Origin: an uncultured Planctomycetaceae bacterium | GTDB taxonomy: Bacteria; Planctomycetota; Planctomycetia; Planctomycetales; Planctomycetaceae | NCBI GenBank assembly: GCA_963976765.1 | Contig: CAXBME010000001.1 | Location: 1 to 64,000, forward strand | Length of the DNA: 64,000 nt | Direction of reading: 5' to 3' | Shown: piece after piece, positions 28,136 through 39,614 of the stretch | How positions within the stretch are numbered: position 1 is the first letter of the stretch | Layout: every line of letters starts with the position of its first letter | The notes under the pieces: generated by a model | What the model was told of the DNA's origin: nothing | The model's input: only the letters and a program-made list of their open reading frames with translations | Databases searched by the model: none | Translations under genes and position numbers: made by a program

Positions 28136-29968
28136 TCAGGAAGGATCGTCGCCGACGTTCAGGCCGATCATTCGCATCAGTTCCAGAGCGTTGCTTTTCT
28201 CGACGACGCCGGGTCGCATTCGATAGTCGAAGTACATCGTTCCGTTGATGAGGTGGTCTTCGAAATGAACGTTGATGGCGTGGCCTTCGAATGAGTCCAC
28301 GATTTCGGTCAACGCCAGATCGTGAGTTGTCACGATGCCAACCGCCTTATCCTCAACCAATTGGCGGATAATTCCTTCCGCTCCGACGCGGCGGTCGTGC
28401 GAGTTTGTTCCCTGCAGAATTTCGTCCAGCAGAAAGAGCAGCGGTGGTGACTTCCCCGCCCGCTCGACTACCGACTTGATTCGTGAAATCACCGAGTAAA
28501 ACAGTGACGCTCCCTGCTGGAGGGAATCGTTGGCTCGCATTGCCGAACCGACGACGAATGGTGAAATTCGCAGTCGCTTTGCTCGAACCGGAGCGCCGCA
28601 CAGTGCCAGCACCGCATTGATGCCAACTGTCCGAAGCAGCGTACTTTTTCCGGACATATTCGAACCGCTGATCATCAGCAACCGCTGTTGAGAGTCGATG
28701 CGAATGTCATTTCGGATGCACTTTTCGGCTTCGATTAATGGATGTCCGAGCTCTTCTGCATCGTAAATCGGGCCTTCGGATTCGTCGACGACTTCGGGAA
28801 ACGGATCCTTCGGATGCTCGAACGTGTATCGGGCCAGCGAGCTGAGCGCTTCAATCTCGCCGACGGCGTCGAGCCATTCGGGGATGTGTGGACCGATGTG
28901 TTTCCGCCAGGTCTCGACTCGATGCACGACATGGATCGGCACTCCCAGCAGGAAGGCGATCGGTCCGAAGAACTGATTCTGAAGGCAGTTATTCAGCGAC
29001 TGAATGACATTGCGAAGTTTCAGAATCTGCCACGACGGAGGGTGCCCTTCTGTTTGCAGACTGCTCAGCAGACCATTCAGCGTCGGCGTTGAGAATTCCT
29101 GTTTTTCGATCAGCTCGAGAACCTGACTGAGGATGGCAAGTCCCGACCCGGCCTCATCCGCTTCGCCAATGATCTGGCGAATTTCACGGATCATCGTCGC
29201 GAAGAACAGAATCTCCAGCAGCACGATGATCAGAAACGGGGCGAGGCCGTATCCGGCTGACCAGGCAATGACTGCCGCAACGGCCAGCACGCCCAGAACA
29301 CAGGCCATGATTCGTCGCCAGCGAGGCACCGGCCTGGCCTCGGCTGCAACCCATTCACGCAGCTGGTTCTGATCAAGATCGTCGTGAACTTCGGCGTCGA
29401 GCAGGGCCAGTGATTCGTGAAAATCAATCTTCGCAGAGAGTTCCACGATCGCCTGCTGCCGCTTCTTGACGGTCTTCGCGTCAGCTCCGTTGGTCAGCCA
29501 GTTGGCCAGTGTGTCTTCGCCGAGCCTGGTGCGGGCTCCGCAAATAAGTTCAAACAGTGAACTCTCGCCGAACAGATCGAGGTCCGACGAACATGAATGA
29601 TCGGCGTCGCGATAACGCAGGCCAGTCATTCCTTCGCCCTGCCAGCGATCGTCGAGGCGGTTCAAACTTCGTTCGTAGTAGGCGACGGCTCGCTTCGTCT
29701 GGTGGAGCCGCTTGACCGCTCGGCTGTGAAAGACAATCAGAGCAACAAAAACGCCGACTGGAACCAGCAGCCAGATTGGGTGCAACGAGCCATCGAACAG
29801 CGAAAACCAGCCCAGCACCAGAGCGACCACAAACACCAGGCCGCGAGTTGTCGCGAAACGCGCATCGGTGGCTTCCAGCTCCTTCTGGTCCGCGAGGTGT
29901 CCGTCGCGACGGTCCTCGTAGACCTTCTTCGGGTCGGTATGGCCAGATTTAGCAGTTTCCGTTTTCAT
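28136..29968 (-). CDS. MutS domain V ATPase with transmembrane segments (non-canonical MutS)
   Basis: GHPLI, SGSNMSGKSTLLR, SLFY, LLDEILQGTNSHDR, TTHD; two hydrophobic hairpins; no mismatch-binding domain. Confidence 0.9.
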   Translation of the reverse strand: MKTETAKSGHTDPKKVYEDRRDGHLADQKELEATDARFATTRGLVFVVALVLGWFSLFDGSLHPIWLLVPVGVFVALIVFHSRAVKRLHQTKRAVAYYERSLNRLDDRWQGEGMTGLRYRDADHSCSSDLDLFGESSLFELICGARTRLGEDTLANWLTNGADAKTVKKRQQAIVELSAKIDFHESLALLDAEVHDDLDQNQLREWVAAEARPVPRWRRIMACVLGVLAVAAVIAWSAGYGLAPFLIIVLLEILFFATMIREIRQIIGEADEAGSGLAILSQVLELIEKQEFSTPTLNGLLSSLQTEGHPPSWQILKLRNVIQSLNNCLQNQFFGPIAFLLGVPIHVVHRVETWRKHIGPHIPEWLDAVGEIEALSSLARYTFEHPKDPFPEVVDESEGPIYDAEELGHPLIEAEKCIRNDIRIDSQQRLLMISGSNMSGKSTLLRTVGINAVLALCGAPVRAKRLRISPFVVGSAMRANDSLQQGASLFYSVISRIKSVVERAGKSPPLLFLLDEILQGTNSHDRRVGAEGIIRQLVEDKAVGIVTTHDLALTEIVDSFEGHAINVHFEDHLINGTMYFDYRMRPGVVEKSNALELMRMIGLNVGDDPS

Positions 29969-30196
29969 ATCGCGAGCCGGTCCTGAGATGCGGGTCGGAA
30001 CTGTATCGGTGCCCGAATGCTCTGGCAAAGCAGAGCAGAATAGCCACATTGCGTAGCTCGGACCCTTTCGATTCTACTACCGAGGCATAAGTCCCCGGAA
30101 TTTTAAGGGACTTTGCCTGTCGGGCTTCGGGTTACTTTCGAACAGCCATTCAAAATCATTCTTCATTACAGACAAATCAATCGACTGTTCAGAATC

Positions 30197-31144
30197 ATGC
30201 AGACCATACTTGTCACCGGCGGTGCTGGTTTTCTCGGTAGTCATCTTTGCGAGCGGTTGCTTGACCGAGGCGACGAGGTCATTTGCGTCGACAACTTTTT
30301 CACCGGAAGCAAGCGAAACGTCGCTCACCTGATCGCCCATCCGCGGTTCGAGCTGATCCGCCACGACATCGTTCATCCGCTGACGGTCGAGGTCTCGCAG
30401 ATTTACAACCTGGCGTGTCCGGCTTCGCCTGTCGCCTATCAGTACAACCCGATCAAGACGATCAAGACGTCGAGTGTTGGCGTGGTCAACATGCTGGGGC
30501 TGGCTAAACGCTGCCGAGCCCGTTTTCTTCAGGCATCAACGTCCGAAGTTTACGGCGATCCGCAGGTTCATCCTCAGACCGAAGATTACTGGGGACACGT
30601 CAACCCGCTTGGTCCGAGAAGCTGCTACGACGAAGGCAAGCGAATCGCAGAATCGCTTTGTATGAACTACACGCTCGCGCACGGTGTCGAAACGCGGCTG
30701 ATTCGAATTTTCAATACATATGGTCCGAGGATGGACCCGAACGATGGCCGCGTGATTTCAAACTTCATCACTCAGGCACTACGAGGCGATCCGCTGACAG
30801 TCTACGGCGACGGTTCCCAGACTCGATCCTTCTGCTACCGAGATGACCTGATCGAGGGAATGATTCGGTTGATGAATCATCCAGACAACGAACTGGGCCC
30901 GGTCAATATCGGCAACCCTAACGAAAAAACCATGCTGGAACTGGCCGAGGCCGTTCTCGCGGCAACAGGCTCTTCGTCAAAAGTCGAACATCGAGAACTG
31001 CCGAAAGACGATCCGACTCGTCGCTGCCCGAACATTGATAAGGCGAAAGAAAATCTCGACTGGCAACCAAAGATCGATCTCGCGACAGGACTTGAGCGAA
31101 CGGTCGAGTATTACCGAAACTTGCTTGCCGAACAGGCTGGGTAA
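30197..31144 (+). CDS. uxs: UDP-glucuronate decarboxylase (UDP-xylose synthase family)
   Basis: [49 protein letters not shown]. Confidence 0.93.
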   Translation: MQTILVTGGAGFLGSHLCERLLDRGDEVICVDNFFTGSKRNVAHLIAHPRFELIRHDIVHPLTVEVSQIYNLACPASPVAYQYNPIKTIKTSSVGVVNMLGLAKRCRARFLQASTSEVYGDPQVHPQTEDYWGHVNPLGPRSCYDEGKRIAESLCMNYTLAHGVETRLIRIFNTYGPRMDPNDGRVISNFITQALRGDPLTVYGDGSQTRSFCYRDDLIEGMIRLMNHPDNELGPVNIGNPNEKTMLELAEAVLAATGSSSKVEHRELPKDDPTRRCPNIDKAKENLDWQPKIDLATGLERTVEYYRNLLAEQAG

Positions 31145-31156
31145 CAGGTTAACTGG

Positions 31157-31212
31157 GTAGGTGGGGCGAGACCCGGCGTGAGAGGCCATTGCTGGGACGC
31201 GTCCCAGTCTAC
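31157..31212. repeat. Inverted GTAG-type REP pair
   Basis: gtaggtggggcgagacccggc ... gctgggacgcgtcccagtctac. Confidence 0.6.
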
Positions 31213-31271
31213 GGTACTGAAAAGACAATCTAATTGATCGGTCAAACGGTCGACTCAGACGGAGCTGGGTG

Positions 31272-32282
31272 ATGAGTAAGATTCTGGTAACCGGAGCCGC
31301 GGGCTTCATCGGGTTTCACCTGACGCAACGACTGCTGGCTCGTGGTGACGAAGTCGTCGGCCTCGACAACCTCAACGATTATTACCGGGTTCAGTTGAAG
31401 CATGATCGCCTGTCACAACTTGTCGGGCAGGAAAAGTTTCGGTTCATTGAAATGGACATCGCCGACCGCGAACGGATGCCGGGCGTTTTCAAGTCTGAGC
31501 GGTTCGACGTTGTGATTAATCTCGCCGCGCAGGCAGGGGTTCGGTATTCGCTCGAAAATCCGCACGCGTACATTGATGCCAACGTTGTCGGGTTCACGAA
31601 CGTGCTGGAAGGATGCCGCCATAACGGAGTGAAGCATCTCGTCTACGCGTCGTCGAGTTCCGTCTACGGTGGAAATACTTCGATGCCGTTTTCGATTCAC
31701 CACAACGTCGACCATCCAATCAGCCTTTACGCAGCGACGAAAAAAGCCAACGAACTGATGGCTCATACCTACAGCCATCTCTACGGCCTGCCGACAACCG
31801 GGCTGAGATTCTTCACCGTCTACGGACCGTGGGGGCGTCCCGATATGGCGCTGTTTCTGTTTACGGAAGCGATCGTCTCAGGTAAGCCGATCAACGTTTT
31901 CAACAACGGAAAAATGCGGCGAGACTTCACCTACGTCGCCGACATCGTCGAAGGCATCATGCGGGTTGCGGATAATACGGCTGCCGGAAATCCCGACTGG
32001 TCATCGTCGATGCCGGACCCGGCAACGAGCGCTTCGCCGTACCGTGTTTATAACATCGGCAACAATCAGCCCGTCGAGTTGATGCACCTGATCGAGGTGC
32101 TCGAAGACTGCCTGGGCAGGAAGGCCGAAAAGAACTTCATGGGAATGCAGCCTGGCGACGTGCCGGCAACGTTTGCCGACGTCGATGACCTGATTCGTGA
32201 TGTCGACTTCAAACCCGCGACCTCAATCGAAACGGGCGTCGCCAGTTTCGTAGAGTGGTACCGTGAATATCACAACGTATGA
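31272..32282 (+). CDS. NAD-dependent epimerase (UDP-glucuronate 4-epimerase-like)
   Basis: [47 protein letters not shown]. Confidence 0.94.
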   Translation: MSKILVTGAAGFIGFHLTQRLLARGDEVVGLDNLNDYYRVQLKHDRLSQLVGQEKFRFIEMDIADRERMPGVFKSERFDVVINLAAQAGVRYSLENPHAYIDANVVGFTNVLEGCRHNGVKHLVYASSSSVYGGNTSMPFSIHHNVDHPISLYAATKKANELMAHTYSHLYGLPTTGLRFFTVYGPWGRPDMALFLFTEAIVSGKPINVFNNGKMRRDFTYVADIVEGIMRVADNTAAGNPDWSSSMPDPATSASPYRVYNIGNNQPVELMHLIEVLEDCLGRKAEKNFMGMQPGDVPATFADVDDLIRDVDFKPATSIETGVASFVEWYREYHNV

Positions 32283-32318
32283 TGCGGCCTTCGTTGCCAG
32301 TACTCAGAAAGAGACAAC

Positions 32319-33044
32319 ATGACCGCTTCATATTCCGACTACTCGAAGATGATCGACCATTCGCTGCTTCCTCCGATGCTGACGGAAGCGGAACTGGAAG
32401 CTGGCTGCCAGCTCGCCGTTGCGTACGACGTCGCCAGCGTGTGCATCCTTCCGTACTTCATGAAACGCTGCACCGAATTGCTCAGCGGAAGCACGGTTAA
32501 ACCGAGTACGACGATCGGCTTCCCTCACGGAGCGATCCAAACGAAGTTCAAAGTTGCCGAGTCCGAGCAAGCCATCGCCGATGGCTGCGAAGAACTCGAC
32601 ATGGTCGTCAACATCAGCCAGGTGAAGTCGGGCAACTGGAGCTACGTTTCTGACGACATCAAAGCGGTCGTCGATGTCGCTCACGCGGCTGGTCAGAAGG
32701 TCAAAGTGATCTTCGAAAACTGCTACCTGAACGACGACGAGAAAATCCAGCTCTGCAGAATCTGCACAGACGTGGGAGCCGACTGGGTCAAAACTTCGAC
32801 CGGCTTCGGCACTGGTGGCGCGACGATGGAAGACCTGAAACTGATGGTCGAAAACACGCCGGACCATGTCCAGGTGAAAGCGGCTGGCGGAGTGCGGGAC
32901 TTCGAGAAACTGAAACTCGTCCGCGATCTGGGCGTCACTCGCTGTGGAGCGAGCGCGACGAAAGTCATGCTCGACGAATGCCGCAAGCAGCTTGGTCTGC
33001 CGCCGATCGAAGTGTCCGGCGGCACGCTGAGCAGCGGCTACTGA
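32319..33044 (+). CDS. deoC: Deoxyribose-phosphate aldolase
   Basis: IDHSLL, IGFPHG, ELDMV, KVIFEN, VKTSTGF, VKAAGGVR. Confidence 0.95.
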   Translation: MTASYSDYSKMIDHSLLPPMLTEAELEAGCQLAVAYDVASVCILPYFMKRCTELLSGSTVKPSTTIGFPHGAIQTKFKVAESEQAIADGCEELDMVVNISQVKSGNWSYVSDDIKAVVDVAHAAGQKVKVIFENCYLNDDEKIQLCRICTDVGADWVKTSTGFGTGGATMEDLKLMVENTPDHVQVKAAGGVRDFEKLKLVRDLGVTRCGASATKVMLDECRKQLGLPPIEVSGGTLSSGY

Positions 33045-33084
33045 GCGAATCACTTGAGCCCATTGAGCCCTTTTTCTGCCCGCC

Positions 33085-33199
33085 GTAGGGTGCGTCGAGA
33101 CACACCCTGCTGACCTGGTGCGTCAAGAATTCGTGCGGTGGACGCCGCCCGCAACTGCTTGAAGGTTGGCATGCATCTGGTGGGCCGTGTCCACCCTGC
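33085..33199. repeat. Composite REP cluster (two families) between convergent genes
   Basis: gtagggtgcgtcgagacacacc..ggtgcgtcaaga, then gtgcggtggacgccgcccgc..ggtgggccgtgtccaccctgc (also at 60380-60447). Confidence 0.65.
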
Positions 33200-33214
33200 C
33201 AAACGATTCTGCGA

Positions 33215-34801
33215 CTACGATAGAACCGAGAAGTAGCACGCCACGGCGAAGTCCATCGTCTCGCAGGTCAGCTTCAGCTCGATGTCTTCATACAGGCAGT
33301 AATTGCGAACCTGAAGCAGCAGGTCGCGAGGGTGGCATGCTCTAAGTTCTCGACCTGCTTTTGTGTAGTGATTTTTGATCAAGTGGTCGACGGCCTTCTG
33401 CTCATACGCGATGTCCACCTTTCGACACATGATCCGGAACAGTTCGTGAAACTGCACCGGCGTCGGGTTGGGAACCTGGACCTTGTACGGAATTCGTCGA
33501 AGGAACGCGTCGTCAACAAGGTCTTTCGGTTCGAGGTTTGTCGAAAAAATCACGAGTTGATCAAACGGGACTCGCACTTTCTTGCCGCTTGGAAGGTTCA
33601 GCAGGTCATAGCGTTTTTCAAGCGGGACGATCCAGCGGTTGAGCAACTCGTCAACGGGCATTCGTTGCCGACCAAAGTCGTCGATCAGCAGAACTCCGCC
33701 GTTGCTTTTCAGTTGGAGCGGCGCCTCGCAGATGTGAGTGTTCGGGTCTTCGCAGACCTCCAGCTCAGACATGGTCAACTCACCGCCGGCGATAACTGTC
33801 GGGCGATAGATCTTCACCCAGCGATGGTCGACTTCAGTCGAACTTTCCGGTTCCCCGACGGTAGCACTCGGTGGAGCTACTTCGTGAATCGCCGGGTCGT
33901 AGATACGAATGATCTGCCCGTCGATTCCCAGCGCGCGAGGAATCCACATCGTTGTTCCGAAGGATTTCGCGATTCTCTCAGCAATGCTCGTCTTGCCGTT
34001 GCCCGGTTCACCGAAGAGGAACAGACCTCGACCGGAGTTGATCGCCGGCCCCAACATCTTCAGCAGATCGTCTTCAAGCAGAAGATCAGAAAATGCGTGC
34101 TTCAAATCTGCCGCTCGAATGACCTGATCGGCGACACTCTGCTGTTCCATCGCGGCCAGATACTGAGGAAGTGTCACCGGAGCGGACCCAAAGTAGGTGC
34201 ACTCGCGAGACAGATCTTTCGCCAGTGCCATTCCTTTCTGGGTGATGATGTAGGTGTAGTCGGCAGCGATGGCATCGCCCTTCAAGGCGATCAGCTGTTC
34301 CTTTCGAAGCGTGTTCAGAACCCCCTCAACCATTGGGAATCCGAGACGAATATGCGCCGCAATATTCCTCCCGGTTACCGCACCACGAGCGGCGAGAAGT
34401 TTCAGAATCAGGCGACCGGTCATGTCAACGGAGATGCCGGCTTCCTTCAGTGATCCTGGTGTCTTTGGGTAGAACAGCCGCTGCTGTTTTGGCCGGCTTG
34501 TCGGAACAGCGTGTCGAATCGGAGCCGGTGTGAAAAATTGGACGGCCTCTGGTACTGATGATTCGACCGGCTGGACCAGTCGGGAATCAGTGACCGGTTG
34601 ACGATCTGGTGTCGGTTGATGTTGAGCTGCTTGACGGGTGGGCTGCTGAGGCTGTGGTTCGTTCTCGACAGGAGCGACATGCCGAGGAGGCTGTACAGGA
34701 GCGGCATCCACCGCAGCTGCCTGGTGGCGCGCGGGCGAGTTATCCAGGCTGGACCAAAGGTCGTCCAGAAATTCGCTCATGGATTGCGTTGATGAGGGCA
34801 T
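33215..34801 (-). CDS. AAA+ family ATPase with P/Q-rich N-terminal extension
   Basis: GPAINSG, Walker [52 protein letters not shown]. Confidence 0.9.
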   Translation of the reverse strand: MPSSTQSMSEFLDDLWSSLDNSPARHQAAAVDAAPVQPPRHVAPVENEPQPQQPTRQAAQHQPTPDRQPVTDSRLVQPVESSVPEAVQFFTPAPIRHAVPTSRPKQQRLFYPKTPGSLKEAGISVDMTGRLILKLLAARGAVTGRNIAAHIRLGFPMVEGVLNTLRKEQLIALKGDAIAADYTYIITQKGMALAKDLSRECTYFGSAPVTLPQYLAAMEQQSVADQVIRAADLKHAFSDLLLEDDLLKMLGPAINSGRGLFLFGEPGNGKTSIAERIAKSFGTTMWIPRALGIDGQIIRIYDPAIHEVAPPSATVGEPESSTEVDHRWVKIYRPTVIAGGELTMSELEVCEDPNTHICEAPLQLKSNGGVLLIDDFGRQRMPVDELLNRWIVPLEKRYDLLNLPSGKKVRVPFDQLVIFSTNLEPKDLVDDAFLRRIPYKVQVPNPTPVQFHELFRIMCRKVDIAYEQKAVDHLIKNHYTKAGRELRACHPRDLLLQVRNYCLYEDIELKLTCETMDFAVACYFSVLS

Positions 34802-35307
34802 CGCCTTTTCCAGTACCAGCCAGAAATTGCTCCCAGAAATTGACGCCCGTTGTTCGCTGTAAACTTGAAGATTCGACGGTGCGATTCAAGCAGGGAGTCC
34901 CGCTTCTCAGCTTCATTCTGGAGACTAGGCCAGAAAATGTGCCGGAACGACGTGTCTCTTACCAAATGCGAATCTCGCAGCAGATGTCGCACGCGACAAT
35001 TCTGCACGTCCGGGATGTAACGATTACGCATTTGCCAGTGGTGATTGCAGCTGGAGAAAGTTCTGACTCGACGCCACTTATCACCATCAACGTCGTGGGA
35101 CGGACTCAGTCCGGATCCCAAACGGACTTCCCTCGCAATCGTTAACCGCCGACTCACACGACGATCACTTACTTCGGTTCGGGCGGCTCGTCTGTGCAAT
35201 TGCACAGAAAGGTCGCCCGCCGTTGAAAGCGATTTTTCGCGAACTGCCCAGTGTCCATCGGTCCTGGACTTTGCCGATTGAAATCGGGAAAGCGTTTCGG
35301 AAACGGC

Positions 35308-35991
35308 TTAGGATGCTTCCATCCACTCGTCGAATTCCTCCATGAATCGCGGGGCCAGAGTCAGGCCCGTTCCGTTCTTTTCGAGGAAGACGACTCCGTC
35401 GACGTCGGCGAGCGGCTGGACGATTTTCGACAGTTCCGCGTCTGGAAATTCGTCCGCGATCTTTTCAATGGGGACTCGCCCCTGAGCTCGCATCAGCAAG
35501 CCGATGACTCGCGAGCAGGCCTGGACGTCCATCTGTTTGAGACGGTCCGCCTTGCGGTGCAGCATCAGAGCCAGGCCGAGCATTCTGGGCGCGGTCAGGT
35601 AGAGCAGGGCGATCACTTTAACGAAGCCGTGGGCGACTCCCGGATCGAACAACAGTACCCATCCGTTACCGGTTGCTCGGGAAAAGTTCAGGGTGACCGT
35701 ACCCGCCTCGCTTTCGCCAGCGAATCGGTACTCCTCTTCGAACTCAGAGCCCCGCAGAAACTGCCACGCGAAAATGACAGCCAGAAAGAAGCAGGACCAG
35801 TATCCAACCGCGTCGTTCGACAGGTCAAACAGCGGGCGAAAGCCGACCCACAGCGTTACCCAGATGATCCAGTAGGTCAGCCAGGCCACGATCAGCGACA
35901 CCGGCACAAGCACGACCGATCCGATCCGGCAGTACCGGATCGACCGTTTGATGTACTCAGCGAACCAGCGACCGAGCTTTTTCTTTGCCAC
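35308..35991 (-). CDS. Hypothetical membrane protein
   Basis: GTG start, two to three TM segments, soluble C-terminal domain. Confidence 0.75.
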   Translation of the reverse strand: MAKKKLGRWFAEYIKRSIRYCRIGSVVLVPVSLIVAWLTYWIIWVTLWVGFRPLFDLSNDAVGYWSCFFLAVIFAWQFLRGSEFEEEYRFAGESEAGTVTLNFSRATGNGWVLLFDPGVAHGFVKVIALLYLTAPRMLGLALMLHRKADRLKQMDVQACSRVIGLLMRAQGRVPIEKIADEFPDAELSKIVQPLADVDGVVFLEKNGTGLTLAPRFMEEFDEWMEAS

Positions 35992-36387
35992 AGAACGATT
36001 CCAGAATCAATGGACAGTCAAATCAATGGGCAGTCAGGTGTCGACGAGCTGGTCGACGCTCGTTGGCGATTGTCCCTGAACGAGCGATGTCAGGCCATGC
36101 GAGTCTGGTAGGCTGAGAATTTGCGGGAAAATTCCGGAAAGCCGTAAGGTGGGCTCAAGTCTCGTTTCACCAGTTGACCAGTCGCAGCATCACTCCGGAA
36201 GCAATCCATTCGTAGACTACCGGTTTTGACGTGTTTGGGAGCGTTTTTCAGGCTGGCTGCTCAGCGACGTACTCCGACTACTCGTTCTATTCCGGAAAAT
36301 CGGCATATTTTCACAAGTTGGCAGGGCTGGATGTTCGATAGTTGTCAAAGCTGGCGGTTCCCATCTGGTTTGCCGCTTTGTGACCAA

Positions 36388-36424
36388 CGTCAAGGATGAC
36401 GACACCGGACTCAGTCCAGGATGG
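36388..36424 (+). promoter_or_regulatory. GGA-loop hairpins in leader (CsrA-type)
   Basis: cgtca-AGGA-tgacg and cca-GGA-tgg (SD position) before ATG 36430. Confidence 0.45.
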
Positions 36425-36429
36425 TATCG

Positions 36430-36999
<570 letters not shown>

Positions 37000-37036
37000 C
37001 AACTGCTACTGCGGCAGGACGAAGAACGATCAATTC

Positions 37037-37078
37037 AAACAGACCTGGCTCAGGAGAGTCAGGTCTGTTTTCGTTTTT
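37037..37078 (+). terminator. Rho-independent terminator
   Basis: aaacagacctggctc-agga-gagtcaggtctgttt followed by tcgttttt. Confidence 0.75.
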
Positions 37079-37210
37079 CGATCGTCTTTCCACCGGCAGA
37101 CAGCCATCGTTCAGGACTGTTCGACAACGGAATTCAGATAAGGCCGCCAGCGGCTCTCCTGGACACCGTCGTTTTAAGATTGATCAACGTATTGCTGCGT
37201 GATGCCTGTC

Positions 37211-39328
37211 TTACTGATTGTTCGTCGCTGGTTTCAGTTTGAAGTTGCGGTACCAGACTTCGGCTCCGTGATCGGTCAGCATTATCCGTCCAAAGCGATT
37301 CCGGCTGAACCCTTCGGCGTCGGAGAACTTGCTGCCGGCAACGCGTTGATCCCACTCGTCGTCGCCGACCTTTGCGGACGCGATCAGCTCGCCGTTCAAC
37401 CAGTGCTCGATGTAGTTTCCGTGAACGACGATGCGGCTGGAGTTGAATTCACCCATCGGCTTCAACGTTTTCTTTTCGTTCGGTTCGTACAACGCGTAGA
37501 TCGAGCCGGTACTGCCTTTGCTTGACGGCGTGCCGTTTTTGAATTTCGGGTCGTCGAGAATCTGGTACTCAAGGCCGAGCGTCTTTTTGCCGTACTGGCG
37601 AACTCGATACTTCAGCCCGCTGTTGCCTCGTTCGGCAATTTTCCACTCAAATGACAGGTCGAAATCTCCGTACTCGTCGCGTGTGACAATGTGGCCAGAA
37701 CGTTTCTTTGCACGATCAAGGTGAATCATTCCGTCGACGACTTCCCAGCCGCTGGTGATCTGCTTTCCGTCCTGCGTCATCCAGTTGTCGAGCGATTTTC
37801 CGTCAAACAACGGCGGTAATTCGTCCGGATTCTGTTTCACTCGATGTCGCGCAAACGATTCCTGCAACCACGCGTTGACCGGTGAAGTGTCCGTCGCGGA
37901 ATGGTACGGCTCGTCGTGTGCTGGCAGTTCGGATCGATGCCGGCGAATGATCTCCTGGTGATCTTTTGAATCCGCGAGGTTTGTGAAGCCATACGGGTCT
38001 GTCTGGAGATCGTAGAGTTCTTCCGAGCCGTCTTCGTACCGCATGAATCGGAAACGCTTGGAACGGATTGAATGATTTGCCCACCCGTAGGTCGTACCGG
38101 TCGAGTACCGCCAGTCAGCGTCTGGATCGTCCAGCAACGGAACCAGGCTGTTGCCTTCGTTGGCATCGCGGGCGGGCAAATCACAGAGATCGAGCAGCGT
38201 CGGGTAAAGATCGATCAGGCCAACTGGTTGTTTACATTCGACGGGTTCGCCGTTCTCCACTGACTTCCGGCCAGGCCGGACGACGATCATCGGAACTCGC
38301 GTGGATTCTTCCCAGAGACTGTGCTTGGACACTCGGTGCTTCTCACCGAGGTGATAACCATGATCGCTGAACAGGACGATGATCGTGTTTTCAGCCGCCG
38401 CACTCTTTTCGAGGGTCGTCAGAACCCGCCCGACCTGATGATCGACAAACGCGATGCACGCCAGGTAAGCCTGCACGCATTTTCGTAGTTGCTCGTTCTT
38501 GTTTTTGCGCAGCCAGTCGAGCTGAGGGTACCGCGGCAGCTCGTGCAGCAGACGCGAGATTTCTGGAACGTCGTCCAGGTCGTCGGTGCGAACTTCCGGT
38601 AGTACAATTTCGTCGATGGGGAAAAGGTCGAACCATTTTTGCGGGACATAGAACGGAACGTGTGGACGAACAAAGCCGACCGCCAGGAAAAACGGATCGT
38701 TGTGCTTTTGCTGGAGTACCTCTTCTGCCCACGATGCGACCATGTGGTCGGGCATTTTGGTGTCGACATCAGGAAACGGCGCCCAGTCGGTCTGTGTCCC
38801 GGTGAATGGAATCGTCAGGTCTGGTGAATAGTTAAACCGGACCGTACTGTCGCCCGGCTTCGGACCTGCGCCACCAAAGCTGCCGCCATAGTTCTGAAAT
38901 GCATCCTTCATCGGGTAGCCGTGTGTGATCTTGCCGACGCCGAATGTTCGATAGCCGTGCTGCGAGAAATATTCGGGAAGCAGGTGTCCTTTGAAATTCT
39001 TCAAGTCGCTCTGCAAACCTGGTTTTGCAGGCTGCTGATAGACACCCGTTGAATGCGGATACCTGCCCGACAGCAACGACGCTCGCGACGGGCCGCAGAT
39101 CGGAGCCTGACAATGAGCGTTCGTAAACAGTGTGCCGCGTAGAGCCAGGGCATCGATGTTCGGAGTCTTCGCATTCGGGTGCGTCTTCAAACAGCCGACC
39201 CAATCGTTGAGATCGTCAATTGCGATGAACAACACATTCGGTCGTTCTGCTGAGAGAGACAGGCGTGGCGGGACGCCAGCAACCAGTGCAATCACAAACA
39301 GGCAAACGTTTCTCGTTGTACTCCGCAT
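37211..39328 (-). CDS. Sulfatase (choline/iduronate-2-sulfatase-like) fused to DUF1080
   Basis: RPNVLFIAIDDLND, CGPSRASLLSG, GKITH, RPH, SDHGYHLGEK; C-terminal LFDGKSL..W, NSG, EYQILD, LTDHG. Confidence 0.93.
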   Translation of the reverse strand: MRSTTRNVCLFVIALVAGVPPRLSLSAERPNVLFIAIDDLNDWVGCLKTHPNAKTPNIDALALRGTLFTNAHCQAPICGPSRASLLSGRYPHSTGVYQQPAKPGLQSDLKNFKGHLLPEYFSQHGYRTFGVGKITHGYPMKDAFQNYGGSFGGAGPKPGDSTVRFNYSPDLTIPFTGTQTDWAPFPDVDTKMPDHMVASWAEEVLQQKHNDPFFLAVGFVRPHVPFYVPQKWFDLFPIDEIVLPEVRTDDLDDVPEISRLLHELPRYPQLDWLRKNKNEQLRKCVQAYLACIAFVDHQVGRVLTTLEKSAAAENTIIVLFSDHGYHLGEKHRVSKHSLWEESTRVPMIVVRPGRKSVENGEPVECKQPVGLIDLYPTLLDLCDLPARDANEGNSLVPLLDDPDADWRYSTGTTYGWANHSIRSKRFRFMRYEDGSEELYDLQTDPYGFTNLADSKDHQEIIRRHRSELPAHDEPYHSATDTSPVNAWLQESFARHRVKQNPDELPPLFDGKSLDNWMTQDGKQITSGWEVVDGMIHLDRAKKRSGHIVTRDEYGDFDLSFEWKIAERGNSGLKYRVRQYGKKTLGLEYQILDDPKFKNGTPSSKGSTGSIYALYEPNEKKTLKPMGEFNSSRIVVHGNYIEHWLNGELIASAKVGDDEWDQRVAGSKFSDAEGFSRNRFGRIMLTDHGAEVWYRNFKLKPATNNQ

Positions 39329-39614
39329 GTTCTCTCCTGAAGAATGGGCAACCAGCGACCATTTAATAGAGGAATGAGTCTATCGGCAGTTGCCTGTTCG
39401 GGCACCTTGTCCAGCGTGAATCAGCGATACTCAGCACTCTGATGATGACGACGTTTGAGCTTATTTCTGGAGCTTGGAATGCTGCTCGATTGCCAGGTCA
39501 CTCGCTCTCCCACAATGATGCTGCCTTCCTGAGATATTGGCAGGAGCCTTTGACGCGTCCTACAACCATGATTTCACTACAGCCGCGAAGACGGAGCGTG
39601 ATCGGTGGCAACTG

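Noticed and set aside
32328..33053. 241-aa antisense ORF almost exactly mirroring deoC (similar long antisense ORFs at 7386-8183, 12916-13917, 39633-40919, 56835-58244)
   Set aside because: Expected shadow frames in a high-GC3 genome; no motifs, and the sense genes are unambiguous
34609..35205. ORFs 34609-35145 (+) and 34777-35205 (-) in the long intergenic gap
   Set aside because: They overlap the ATPase start, have no SD or motifs, and show atypical composition
35150..35280. Possible c-di-GMP riboswitch upstream of the AAA ATPase (GGCAAA on the minus strand)
   Set aside because: No GAAA tetraloop or GACGCAAA core; only a simple hairpin
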